Shown piece after piece: positions 28,567 through 42,569 of a stretch of 64,000 bases of DNA. The notes under the pieces are model-generated. The model searched no databases and was not told the DNA's origin. It worked only from the letters and a program-made list of their open reading frames with translations. The position numbers and the translations under genes were made by a program. The stretch comes from the human T2T-CHM13v2.0 reference genome, Homo sapiens, in assembly GCF_009914755.1 (NCBI RefSeq), contig NC_060930.1. One strand, given 5' to 3'. Position 1 is the first letter of the stretch; every line of letters begins with the position of its first letter.

Positions 28567-28819
28567 TCCACTTCTTTGTATTCTGAAGATTAATAATCTT
28601 GCAGCCCTCTGAGTGGGATAAGGAGAGGATGCTCTCTGACAAATTGTTATCTTGTCTTTCAGAGGTGTGCTTCGGGCAGTGAGTATACCTTCCATGTCTC
28701 CCCTGGGCTCTTGGCTTGATTCTAAGTAATGGTAATATATAGGATGGCTTTAAAATTGTTTTTGGCTTATGATATTTTACTTTCCACTAGCTATCTGTAA
28801 TCTTTTCTTTTAGCCTAGT

Positions 28820-30960
28820 TTTTAAAAAGTTGTTATTTGTATCAAGGTTATATGTGTAAATGGTTTACAGAGTCCATGCTTGTGTAAGCTGTGCTGTCAG
28901 TAACAGTAGGTACTGCCCGCCTTAGCCCATGCCCACGTCCCCAGAGGCGTCCACTTTCAACCCTTGTAGCTGCTCTTTGAGGATACCTTCATGTCTAGAA
29001 TCACATTCTTACATTGCTCCTTGAAGTTTTAGGCTTTGTCTGTTGCTGTCCCCGCTGGAAGATGATGATTTAGTACTCCCTTCTCACTTGGCCCTCACCA
29101 CAAGCATGACCCTTTATCCTCTCTCATCCTCCTAGTGTAGACTTGCCGGAATTGTGGTTTGATCAGTCTGGTATTTACATTATGAAGGGTGGGGAAACAC
29201 TATTCAGAAATGAGCCATGTCATAAACTGTTGTTTTCCTTTTCTACACAGCTCTTTGTTTTTCGTAAATAATTTTTTTTAAATTTTCTATATAAACTTAC
29301 CATGCACTCCCCTTTAGAATCTCAATCGGTTATAACTGTCTGTCTCTCCTTGTAAGATGTTTAGATCCATCAGTTATGTCATCAGTTTTATCTTCTAGAG
29401 GACTTCCTATCCTAGAGATTTCTGGCTTGCTCCAGTCTCTCTGGATTCACTTTCTGCTGATGTTCAACTATTACCCTGGGATTTTCCTTTACTTGGAGTT
29501 TCCCTTCACTTTCTTGTGTTGGATCTTTGGTTTCCTGGATTCTGTGTCTTTCTTGTTTTGGTGGAGCCAATCCTTCAGTAGCTTTCTTAAGAATGGTTCA
29601 AGAGACCAAATTTTTAAGATCTCACATGTCTGAAAATGTCTTTAAAATAAAAGACATTTTACCCTCATGCATGACTTATAGATTGAGAATGGAATTCTGG
29701 AAATCACTTTCCTTCACAATTCTGAAGCACTTGCTCAACTGTCTTAACCACCAGTCTTGCTGTTGTGAAGTTTGAAGCCATTCTTGCTTCTTGTTTCCTA
29801 ATCCTTTGCATGTGACTCTCTTCCCTCAGCCCCTAATGTTGTAGGACCTTCTTTTGGTCTTTAGTTTTGTCTCAGTCCATTTTAGTTCATTTCCCCACGT
29901 ACTCTGGCTCAATTATGGAAAAGCTCTTAAGTTTTTTTTATCTCCCTGTTCTCCTTCATTTTTACTCTTCTCTCTTTCTAGAACTCATCATCTCATACTA
30001 GACTTTTAACTTTATCTCTTCTTCTATTTTTCATGTCTTTTCCTTTTTGTTCCATTTTCTAGAAAAGTTTTTCATTTCAATTATATTTCTAATTTCCAGG
30101 AGCTCTTTCTGTTCCTCTAAGACTGCTTCCCTCCTTCCCTCCTTCCCTCCACCTTCCTCCTTTTTCCTTTTCTTAATTCTTTTTTGTTTTGTTGTAAAAG
30201 ACTCCTGTTCTTATTTGAGGGTAGATTATTTTTTCTTACCTCTTTGAGATACTGATTGTACTCTGTTTTGCATAGTTTCCTTGTCGTCTAACTTGCCCTT
30301 TTCTGTTTGTTTTGGTCCCTATTTTTATGTTAAAGTCTTTCCCCAAGTAATTATTGGTTGCCTGGCCAGTTGTTCATCATAAGAACTACTGTGGGGACCT
30401 TGGTGGGCTCCTTAGGGAAATCTGGGACATTCCCACTCCCATCCTGGCTGTATTTAGACCTTTCTTATTGGTCCAGCCTCAGGTTTACCACAGAAAGAGG
30501 TCTGTTGGCAAGGTTGATTGTGCTGGGGGATTCTGTGGATACTGCTGTGGTACTTCTGCAGCAGTGGTTCTGAGGAGCCCCTCTTTTGCTCTTCTACGAG
30601 GAGGAAATCTCTGGGCATCTGCCAGGGTGAAGGAGGAGCTGTGCTTAGTGGGAGAGTGAGTGCTTCTTAGTCACCCCATCTACCGCCACACTATACTCGG
30701 AGGTGTCTGCTGCCACCAATCGCCGAGCCTTTGGATGGTTCTGCCTTGTCAGCTGGGTGTCGGACTTAACCTTTCCAGGTTGGGTAAGTTAGTTACTATT
30801 TGTCCATCTGTTTCTAGCTTCCAAAATTTTTGGCTGTTTTTGTTCCTCTTCTTGTGGGTTTGTTTTATAAAAATAAACAAAAAGCAGGCAAGCAAAAAGC
30901 AAACAGTACTGCCATTTTTATTACTAGATGTGAGTGCTGAATCTGCTGTCTTTATCCAGA
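28820..30960 (-). mobile_element. Ancient HAL1/L1ME-like LINE
   Basis: tttggtggagccaatccttcagtagctttcttaag...catgtctgaaaatgtcttt...ggaaatcactttccttcacaattctgaagc; boundaries approximate. Confidence 0.65.
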
Positions 30961-32730
30961 GTCTCTTTAGGTTAAAAATATGTGAGTCATAAAATGAAAA
31001 CAGTTTGGTTTCGTTTACATTTGTGGGTCTGACTGCTGTTGTGTGCTACTTTATAAATACCTTTGTAATTTATGTTAATATGTTCATGGCTGTGGGTTAC
31101 TGTCTGTCTAATACATAAACAGAATTGTCACAGACATTAAAATGTAATTAACAGCTACAAGAACTGTCTACACGAGTTCTTTTGAATGGTTTATACTACT
31201 TGGAAACGTTGAAAAACTCAGTTGATTTTGCAAGCGTCATGGAAGTTACTTCGTTTAAGTGTGATTTAGTGCATTTTATTTTCTGTACAGACATAGGAAA
31301 GTTACTTGTGACCACAGTTTTTCCCTGTACATGAATAGCTCCCTTTAACATGGCCTGGCACAGTGCTGGCTTATTATAATGCTATTTGTGTATTTTCCTT
31401 GGAGTCTTCTGTGACCTGTCTTTCAGCCATCCATTGCATACTCTGACAGACGGTTTTCATCTTTGACAACCAACAAGAGGTGTACACATGACATATCTGG
31501 ACCTACTAAAGGGTAGCAAAGGAAATCATATTGCTGGATGTTAAAATCAAAGTTTTAAAGTGGCTTGAGGCTCCTCCATGGAAAAGATGGTGCAAACACC
31601 ATAGGCAGTTAGGTACTGGCGGCAGTCCTGTGCTGGGAGCCCTGGCCAGAGCTGTGTGGATGGCAGCAATAAGAACCCTCACTGCTGAGGACATAGGAAG
31701 AGCCAGGCTGAGTGCCGGAATCCATTTCCTTGGGCATAAACTGAGCTGGGAGAAAGGGATGTTTCCTCCCACAAATAATGTGAGAGGCATGATAAGTACA
31801 CTGTTTCCTGTGGAAAGCTGACCTAGTGATTGTATTTTATTGGGATATTTGATCCTTTATTTGAATGTTTTTAAAAGTATCTGGGTGGTGTCATTATTAG
31901 GAATACCACCTGATTAATTTTTTTTTTCATTTGGTTACATTTGAACGGTATGTGAATGTACTATTTTGAAGTTTTAAAATAACTTTGAAGATACTTTTGG
32001 TTTCCTTTAGGCCTGCTTTTCAGGTTAAGAATAAGACAGAGAATATACTTCTGGTGTGACTTTTAAAAAATGTCATTTTACCTTAGAAGTGGTCCAACAG
32101 ATCTCAAGCTGCTCTTCACATGCCCTGCCCTTTAAATCTCAGGCTGTTCATTGGAGTTCAAAATACAGCTCCTCTACCGATCAAATAAGCTTTCTTTAAA
32201 AAGGCAGGTGGAGAAAACAAATGTTTGTTTCAGAAATAATTTTAATGTCCGAAACGAGTTGCTGTATTCACGTCAGTTATGCACCTTGTCATTGAGCATG
32301 GCTGCTGCAGTTCCAAACTGTCCCAGTGCCTTCCTGTCCCTAGCGCTCTTCCTCACAGTGGGGATTGATGGATGGGTCATTTCCATCCTACCTTTCTATG
32401 AGGAAAGCCTTGTAGCAGGCTGCCAGGTGAATGCTTGCCTCAGTACCGAGCTGTGCACAAACGTCTGATTCATTATTTTGGATCAGTTTTCCACGTGGTC
32501 TTTATTTTGTATTTGTTGAACTATTTAGGTAAAGTGTGAATTATAAAAGAAGCTCAATCATTCTTCTTCCTCCCTGGAAAGAGAATTGAGGAATTGGTGT
32601 TTCCTTGGTTGTCATCACTGATATATGTGGGTGCTTCTATTGTATTGTTATCACATGAGGATAAATATTAAGGATTTAAACCTCCTGTGATAAAGAAATG
32701 GCTTTAGAAGACAGAAATGCTGAAAGGGTT

Positions 32731-33092
32731 TATCTTAGTCTGTTCAGGCTGCTATAACAAAAATACCATAAACTGGGTGGCTTATAAAAAGCAGAAATGT
32801 ATTTCTCACAGTTTTTGAGGCTGGAAGTTTGGGATCAAGATGCTTGGCAGATTGAGTGTCTGGCGAGGGCCTGTTTCCTGGTTCCGGGACTGTGCCATTG
32901 GGCTGTGTCCTCCTATGGTGGAAGGGGGTGGCCAGCTGACTGTTCTTCCTAAGGGCTTCTGTACCATTCATGAGGGCTGTGCCCTCATGACCTAGTCACC
33001 TCCCGAAGGCCCCACCTTTTAATGCCATCACCTGGAGGGTTTAGATTTCAACATATGAATTTTGGAGGGACACAAATGTTCAGACCATAGCA
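32731..33092 (-). mobile_element. MLT1A0-like MaLR solo LTR
   Basis: tcttagtctgttcaggctgctataacaaaaataccataaactgggtggctt...tttcaacatatgaattttggagggacacaaatgttcagaccatagca. Confidence 0.9.
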
Positions 33093-36000
33093 GATTTAAG
33101 ACAATACAAAACAAAACAATAGGTATTCTTGTGAAACTACTTAGAACTGTTTTAAATGTTTTTTAGAAATAGGATTTAGAGACAATTTTTGTCAATTTTT
33201 AATAACACTTAACGGTACTTTGTTTTGCTAATGTGAAAGAAGAATTCAGCAAGATCATTACAATATAAAAGAAGTGACAGACCAAGTACGAATAGGGTTT
33301 ATTTGGGTATGTAATTTTAAGTGAGTGAAGGAAGAGGCATTTGATGATTTGTAAAACATTTCTGATTTAAAAAAAAATGAATTTGTTTTTTTTGCCTCTA
33401 AAGCGTTAAATTTTCTTGGTCATCAGTTGAAACTTTTGATTTCATTTTAATTGCTATATTGTATGTGCATTGTCTGTATATTTCTTCAAAGGAATTTAAA
33501 GATTTGGAAGTCTGTTACCAAGTGTGTGTCAGAAGAGGCCAAATTTTCAGATTTAATACTTTTAGCTGTTTTTTCTAATGACACTTCTTTCGAAGACGAG
33601 ATTAACAAATTTTTTTTGTCTCTCTGTCATAGGTCATCGTGTTTTTTGGTATAGTTCATTCATCTTCTGTTGCCTCAACATCTGGCCATAAAAGCGAATA
33701 ATGAATGGTTTTTTGAATTTGAAATTTGCATGTGAATTTTTGGATGAGAGACATTTTTATATAATTTATAAGTAACCATTGGGGACTACATCTGCCTCAT
33801 AAATATTAGCAAAATTTCACACTGAGATTAATGAGCTTATAAGTTGTTAGTCTGCATATATTTGATTTGCCTGAAAATAGGGTTTTCAGGAAGTCTCAGT
33901 GACCTATATTAACTACTTTTTATAAGGGCGAGGACATGGAAAGACTTTATTTTATCATGCTTTTCTTCACCCTTTTAGTAGACTTGCAGGCATGCAAGTG
34001 GAAGCTACAGGAATTAATACGGATGTCAGAAAATATGTGAAGAGATGGATTTGTCTAGAGTGAGCTATAAAGTGAATTTCTTCATATCAAATTTTATATG
34101 CCCATTGAGATTCTTAAGGAAAAAAAAGAGTGAGCATTCCTGTAGGGAAAAATCGGTTCTGAGAGCAAGTAGTAAAATCACACTTAACAACTTCAGACAT
34201 CTGTTGAAAATATGTCTTTAAAAATATTTAAAATATCATTTCCAATAATGTTCTAATCCTCATAGTAGCAGGAGAGAGCATTTGATAATTGAGGCATTAC
34301 TGATCTCCCTGAGTGAGTTCCCTACACACCAGGGAGCAGTGGCTGGGGCAGGGTGGGGGCGGGGAGGGCAAGCAGTTGAGAGGCTGTTCTCTGCCTTTGC
34401 CAGGGAGTAGCCATTCCGATGGTCCGGTTTGTTAAGGACTTGCTCTCTTCCTTCCAGTTCTAGCTCCGAAACACCCTGGATTACAGTCTTTGAAGAAGTA
34501 GGAGAGCCGGTGGCCGAAGTGCCCACTCATGACCTGGCCTTGCTAGTGGAGGTGGCAACCAGAGAAGCTGGAGAGCGCCTCCTGATCCACAGGGAACTTC
34601 AGTAAATCCTTTTGCCTCCCCCCGGTCGTCAGATTGCGTTCATACTGTGGTAGCAGGCCCCATCTGAGGCCCATCCTGGTGTTGAGAGGCTGGATGCTAG
34701 CAGGGAGCTCCAGGAGACGTTCCGCTGGCTGTTTATAACCAGATCCTGAACACAAAGCTTCCAGCCTGGTGCTAGAGGCCAGGGAGACCTGAAAATGTCT
34801 CACTTCAGGGCTTAGGGTAACATGGAATAAATATATTTGCCATTGAACAAATTATTTAGGTTAAATTGCCTTCGTTGTCTTTTCTGTATCTATAGTTTAA
34901 AAGATTTCCTATGCCTTGGGAGCTGCGGATTGAAGAGCTTGCTTTGAATGAAGTCTTGTCAAATACTGAGTCTGTGTGGTAACTTAGACCTGGTGGGAAA
35001 ATGTGGATTCTGGATTTCCTGTGAAAATAGAAGTACTTGAAAAGCAATGCTTAAAATGGTAGTGTTAAAAAAAAAAAAAGTCACATATATCCAGCTAAGA
35101 GTTGCTAATTCTGTCGTATTGCACATTATAGATATGTTTACATTTTTAAAAAGCTGTGTGACATTGGACTCTAGACTCAGAACTAGAATATTTTACCAAA
35201 CCTCTTTGTTATTTTGCAGTAATATTTAGTAATGATTCTGTATCCAAAAATGTCCTAATAACATCTAACAAACCATGTTCCTAAAGTCTGTGCATGTTTT
35301 GTATTTGGGATTTTTATCATTTTCAAATATCTAGAACGTTTGGATTTCCTAGCATTATGCCTAAAAGAGATTAGTGTTTATGTCAGTAAGTTCCGTAACT
35401 AGAATCTGAGTGATTTTTTTTGCCTTGTCATTAATCTGAGGAGGTTTGAAACTAAGACTGCTGTCATCGTTTCTCCTTTCTTGTACAGCCTATCTTGCTA
35501 CGGTTTCTTACATATACCATAGAAGCAACAGGCCAGCCTGTGGTGTAGAAAAGTGAGATTTTTGGAGGGCAGGGATACTGTAGCTTACTTATCTTTTACA
35601 TTTATCACCTCCTAGCTAGTACAGTGCCTGGCATCCAGTAGGTGATGGACAAATAAATGGAAGGCAGTCATGGAATGCTAAGTGCACCCCATGGAATGTT
35701 CTTGTTCACTTATGCTATGGGCAGTCTGAAAAACGGTGCTAGACAGAGTGGAAATCAGATCCCATGGATAACCCTTTTGCACATTTGATAGGGAGTGGTG
35801 GAGAAGGCCTGATACAGATGGGGACCTGAGGTTTTCTTGGAGTGATTAAGTTGCTCAAGGTCACCTAATTAATAAGCCACAGGGCCAAGATGGGAATCCT
35901 GGACTGACTCCAACACTGTTGCTCCTAATTACTGTTTTATCCTACTTTTAGGACTCTGGAGATGCCACATGGAAAGAAACATTCTGGTTGGCAAGTATCT

Positions 36001-36399
36001 TCTTACATGCTCTTACTTGCTCCAAGTCTTTGGGACAGCATATGACAGTGGGGGCAGCTGGCACATCTGTGTTGTTCCCCTCCTGCAGGAACAGGGGCTT
36101 CTTAGATGGGAGGCTGAGGGCCCATCCCTGTGCAGGTGCATGTCCTGCTTGATGATACCAGGTCCTTCCAGGGCCTCCTGGGACTGGGCTCATTGTAAGT
36201 TACAAGAGCATTCACTTCTGGTTTTCCTTCTTGAGGAACCACATTGTGCTTTTTTCCTGGTGGCTTATGTATACTTAATTGAAGACTTGTTTTTCTCTTT
36301 CTGTTTTTCTCCATGTTCTTAGATTTAAAAAATAGTAAATGAGTTAATGAATGAATATGTGCATATATGATATTGTACGCTGACATATTGTTGGGAAGT

Positions 36400-36600
36400 T
36401 GGAATAGAGTCTGTGTAGAATAAAATAAAATAGACTGGATTTAAGCAACAGCCACTTCTCAAGGCGAGTGATCCTGAGCAAGTTACTTAAATCGTCTGAA
36501 CTACAATTTCTTTTTTATTAAACAAGAATTGGGATTAGTCGATGAGATTTCATGTGTAAAAGCAGGTTGCCTAGGACCTGGCACTTAGTGCTCAATAAAT
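36400..36600 (+). mobile_element. MIR
   Basis: gtgatcctgagcaagttacttaaatc...ggacctggcacttagtgctcaataaat. Confidence 0.75.
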
Positions 36601-36656
36601 CTCCTTCCTCCATTTCATCTGTTTTTGGAATCATACCTGGTCAGTTTAATCCATTG

Positions 36657-36963
<307 letters not shown>

Positions 36964-38399
36964 TAACCCATCGGTTTTCAGTCTGTTTGGTTTATTGGCT
37001 TGCTAAGCTTTCTTTAATAATTTCTATTCAGTAGGACAGAGCCTTCCAGGGACCAGAAAAAGGGGAAATAGGTATCTGAGAAATAACAAGGTCTCTTCAG
37101 CACCCTTTTCCAACTGCTGCCCCCACGCTGTGGAGTGGATGTTGTTCGTGAGCCTGCTGGCGTGGTCATTGGTCATCCTTCCACATAGGTTGTTTCTTGG
37201 TGCTTTGTTTTCCTCCATGCTGTTTTTCCCCTGGAACCCCTGCCCATCGGCCCATCCGTATTTTATGCTGGACACTCCCCTCCTGCTCTGAGGCTACTCC
37301 GTGTGCTGAAGACCCCTCTACTCTTCCTTCCGTCTTGTGCCAGCCATTCTTACCAGAACTGTCGGACAGCGAGGCAGTGACACCTGAACAGGCCATTTCA
37401 TGTTTCTTTCTTTCCCTTCCAGCCTACAAGCACGCCAGCAGCCCCGTGCATGGCTTCTCATGTCTGCTCCTGGCACCTTGCATGATGCCTGACAGATAAA
37501 CAGAAGGCTCTTAGAGAATACGGGTTGAAGAAAAGGGGAATGGGCACAAATTTTCATATCATATTTAATTACATAAATTAATCACAGGTTAGTTTATGTA
37601 ATTATGTGATTAATGATTGGAAAGTTCTGGATTAGCCCACTGGATAGAATTTTCTGTCACAATAATTGTGTTCAACTGAAGATTCTGACATTTCATAAGT
37701 TCAAAGTGAATAATTTTTATCATACTTTGAGGAGAGGGTAACTAATACTAGTCTTTTATTACTTTAAACTTAAAGCATATTTAGTCACAAATATTTTTGT
37801 AAACTTTGTAAAAATTAGTGGTCAATTTTTGAAGGAGAGAACTGGTGATTTACAGGATAAGTGGAAATCTGAATAAATATTACTGAAGATCTGGAATCTA
37901 CAAATGATCTGCGTTGATGCAGTTGTGTTTCTATGGTTGGCTGCGTGCAGAGCTGTGATACACAGTGTGAATTATTCAGCAAATGCAATGGAGTCTTGTG
38001 CAGCAGAGCTTTACTGCAGTACCTGTGTGCTTTGCAGATTCTCCTTCACTTACGTGGGTTTGCCTTCTTGTCTCCTGAAGGATGGCCCGGTCTTCCCCAC
38101 CTGTGGACAGTCTCAGGCATTGGTAACTTCAGGCGTCTGATGAGTGGCGTCCTTTAGAAGGCTCTCTCCTGGATCTGTGCCCCCAGCCCAACCTGTCTCT
38201 CAGCTGCGGGCCAGCCTTGTCAGCACCCGCCAAAGCATTTCTCAGATACCCACGGCCTCCTCAGAAACAGCTCTTCCTCCATCTGCTTTGCCCACATCTT
38301 CTCTTAATGGAACCATAGTATCCTCAGGCCTGTGGTGGCAGTGCCAAAGAGTCATATTGGATTTTGCCCTTTTTTCCTGTACTGACTAATTTCTTATGT

Positions 38400-38704
38400 T
38401 TAGGTTTTTTGTTTGTTTGTTTCATTTTGTTTAAACAGGGTCTCACTCTGTCACCAGGCTGGAGTGTAGTGTTTCACGGCTCACTGCAGCCTCAACCTCC
38501 TGGGCTCATTCCTGCCTCAGCCTTTCAGGTAGCTGGGACAATAGATGTGCGCCACCACACCTGGCTAATTTTTAAATTTTTGGTAGAGACAGGATCTACC
38601 TGTGTTACCCAGGCTGCTGTCAAACTCCTGGTAGGCTCAAGCTATCCAGCCACTTCAGCCTCTCAAAGTGCTGGGATTACAGGTGTGAGCCACTGCGCTC
38701 AGCC
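38400..38704 (-). mobile_element. AluJ
   Basis: acagggtctcactctgtcaccaggctggagtg...gtgctgggattacaggtgtgagcc. Confidence 0.92.
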
Positions 38705-39039
38705 ATTTAGTTTGTTTTAATATCCTGGAGTAGGGGCCCTGACTCTCCTGATTCCCCTTCTCACTGACTATCAGCTGTATGCTGTGGGAATCTCTCACCT
38801 GTAGAGTGAAGTTGGTAAGAGTGAGTTCAACACCAAGGCTCAAGGCCTGGCATGCATGGTGTTTGTTACACATTTCCCCCAAACTAAAAATCAGCAGGTG
38901 CATCTGCAGTCCCCTTTTCAGTGTGGCCTCTCTTTTGCATGGGTCCTCTCTGTGCTGGCTCCAGGCCCGTCCCTTTCTGACTATGTCCTTCATTCCTCTT
39001 ACACAAACCCCGCCTTCTTAAATAGGTCCCACATTTTCA

Positions 39040-39350
39040 TGGTGCCATTATTTGTGACTTGGAAGTCCTGATCTCTTTCCCTGTATCTCTGTCTGGTACA
39101 ACCCTGGCTACTCCTCAAAACTCCATTCCATTCTCCTTCGTGGAGCTTTAATCCATTTCCAGAACGTGCGTAGTGCCTTAAGGGTATCTCTTTATGGTCG
39201 TGGCATATTGAATCTTGACTTATGGTAATTGGAATATGGGTCCTTTGCTCCTTTAAGGCCCTTAAGAGCAGGAGCCACATCTGGATTTTATCGCTGTGGC
39301 ACAAAGTGGAATAGCCCACCCATAGTAACTGATCAGGTAAATATTTGACT
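39040..39350 (+). mobile_element. L2 3' end
   Basis: ggcccttaagagcaggagccacatctg...catagtaactgatcaggtaaatatttga. Confidence 0.6.
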
Positions 39351-40769
39351 TTAGTTAACATATAGGATCTACTTTTACTTGCTAAATTTTACAGTATTCT
39401 TTGAAAGACCATCTCTAAATGGCCTATTTGAGTATATAGATTAAGAGTAGTGTCTAGATATATATTTGAGGCTGATGGCCATTCATTTATTCATTGTTCC
39501 CTCATTCCTTCACTAAACGAGCACTACACCATCACACTGCCATATGTTGTGTAGCAGGAACTCAGTGTATGGAAGGAAAGTCATTCTTTAGCTTCATAGG
39601 AAATGGTTGTGGTTGTGCATTGCATGATCAACTTTCAGAGCTTTACAAATCACTCATTTGAGTACCATAAGCTTTCTTCATATCTGCATCCATTTTCCAG
39701 TCCAGTTAGTGACATCTATATTTTCTTCCTTAAAAATGTATGGAACACTTTGCCATTTATTCAAAATTAATTGCATTTGTAATGGTCAATGTTAAAAGCC
39801 AGGTGAGGTGAGAAAGTTTTCATTGACCAGCTGTATTCGATTCTGGATTAATGTTTTTGATTATTTTTATTTCACACTCTAGATTTTAGCATGAGACTGA
39901 TAGAACCTTAAAATTATCACAGTCTTTCTCCCTGCCAGCTTCTCCTCACAAAATAAAGATGCAAGTCTCTGTTCAGATTTAAACAGTTCATGCCTTTTCA
40001 GTGAGCTGCTGTTTAAAATGAGTTCCTCAGGAAAGAAGTGGCAAAGAAAGCTGCGCGTATTAAGTATGTTTTCTTTGTCTTAATAAAAGGATGGCTTACT
40101 GCCGTGTTGTGCTGTTGTTTAATATTATAGAGGTTTTACTGCAACTCTCTTGGTGATTACAAGAGGGCTACGTTTTGGCTAACAAATGTAGTAAATGTGA
40201 TGAAAATCCCCTGTGTTGTACATTTCTTTGAATAACATGTTTATATAACGTGCTAAATACTTCTGTTAAAGAACTGCTTTCCTGAAATTGCAAATTCCAT
40301 TCCAGATTTTAGTGTTACTGAAGTGTACTGTTGAATATTCCAAATTATATGGGTATTTTTAAAGCATCTTTAAAATTTGTCTGCATACACTGTCCTTTTT
40401 GAAGTTGGGTCTCTGAAAAAATTTAGAGTTGTATCTCTGGATGATAGTGTTGACTTTCCCGTGGTACCTACCAGGCACTGAACAGAATTATTTAAAGAAA
40501 TTTGCCAAAGCTTTATATTTTGGAGTAGATAGCACTGATGTGACTGTGTGAATAAATCACATGCACAGATTAATAAGTTTGTATTAATGTTTGTAAGATG
40601 ATATTGTGGTGGTGTTCTCAGTGAACTGTGGGCCTCTTTCCTCAGCCTCACCCATCCGGCCCTGTGGATTTTAGGTTGAGTCCTGGGTTTGCCTTGTGGA
40701 CTTGGGCCTCGATATCTATGTAGGCTCAGCTGTCTCGTCCTGGTTCCAGTGGCTCTACCCTGGACCACG

Positions 40770-41130
40770 GCCCACTCAGCCCGAGACTCACTGCTGATGC
40801 CGGCTGGGCATGTCCACCTGGGGGCGCCTCCAGCATCCCAGTTCCGAGTATACTCATGGTGTTTCTTTTCCCCAGTCCACCGTTTGCCCCCATAAAAACA
40901 TGGCACTGCTCAATCTCTTAAGTTGCCCGCCTGGGAAGTTATTATCCTTGGTGTTTTTCCCTCACTACCCTCCTCCACTTGATCACTAATTCCTGAAGAC
41001 TGTCTCAGACACTTTCTGTGTGCCCCGTCTTCATAGCCTTTACCCAAGTTGAGGCTGTTGCCGTCACTGGCGTGGGCAGTTGCTTTAGCCCCTCAACCAG
41101 TGTATCTGCCAGTTATCGCCCTCCTACTTC
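40770..41130 (+). mobile_element. L2 fragment
   Basis: ctgggcatgtccacctgg...gcctgggaagttattatccttggtg; L2-like layout. Confidence 0.5.
40811..40829 (+). promoter_or_regulatory. Candidate CTCF site
   Basis: tgtccacctgggggcgcct vs consensus TGGCCACCAGGGGGCGCTA (15/19); motif match only. Confidence 0.4.
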
Positions 41131-41134
41131 CAGA

Positions 41135-41456
<322 letters not shown>

Positions 41457-42021
41457 TATTATTTATTCTTTCACAAAGAGCTTTCACAGTAATCTTGTTA
41501 AAATAAAATGAAAATCTGATATGTTATTCTCCTGCTTAAAGTTCTTTAGTGAATATCTGTTGTGAAATAAAATCCAAACTTGTGAGTCTGATGGCATGAC
41601 CCTTCTGGACTCCTGTCTTCCTGTTCACCCCTATTGCTCTCAGCTCTCCAGCCTGGATCTAAGCACCACTTTACTGAGATGCTTGCAGTTCGAGATTGCA
41701 TGGTGCTGTGTTTCACTCTGCACTGTGCTGTACTGTTGCCTGTGGACCCGCACTCCTTCCCCTCTCCTGTTTCCTTCAGGTGTCTCTTTCTCCGTGCTTC
41801 TTCCTTGCCTGCTGGCTCCACCTACATTTATTCAACGTCTACTTCAATAACATGTGTCTCCCTATATTAAAATTACCTGTAGCTATTGAATGTGTCCCCT
41901 GCTGAACTTGTGACCCTCATGAGTATTTTCAGAGTCTGGCACATAAGGTCTCAATGAATGCTAAAAGAAGGAACACATTGGAGCTGCCGGCCTCTGAAAG
42001 TTGGGTCCATGCCACCTGTAG

Positions 42022-42372
<351 letters not shown>

Positions 42373-42569
42373 TGATTAGTTACGTAAGATCTTTTGAAGG
42401 GCTTCTCTCACTCTACATACTTGATCAGGCGGTTGCCCTTCCTCATGCCTCTGCCAGCTGGGCGTCACGTTCTGCCTTCTGTTTTTGCTTTGTGGTGCCA
42501 CACATTTTGAGGCTCTCCTTTAGTTTCTCCACTTATCTGGCTACCATTTCAAGGTACCATTTTACCTTG

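Noticed and set aside
40370-40906. Longest ORF (178 aa)
   Set aside because: No recognisable domain, partly antisense to an L2 relic, and no splice context.
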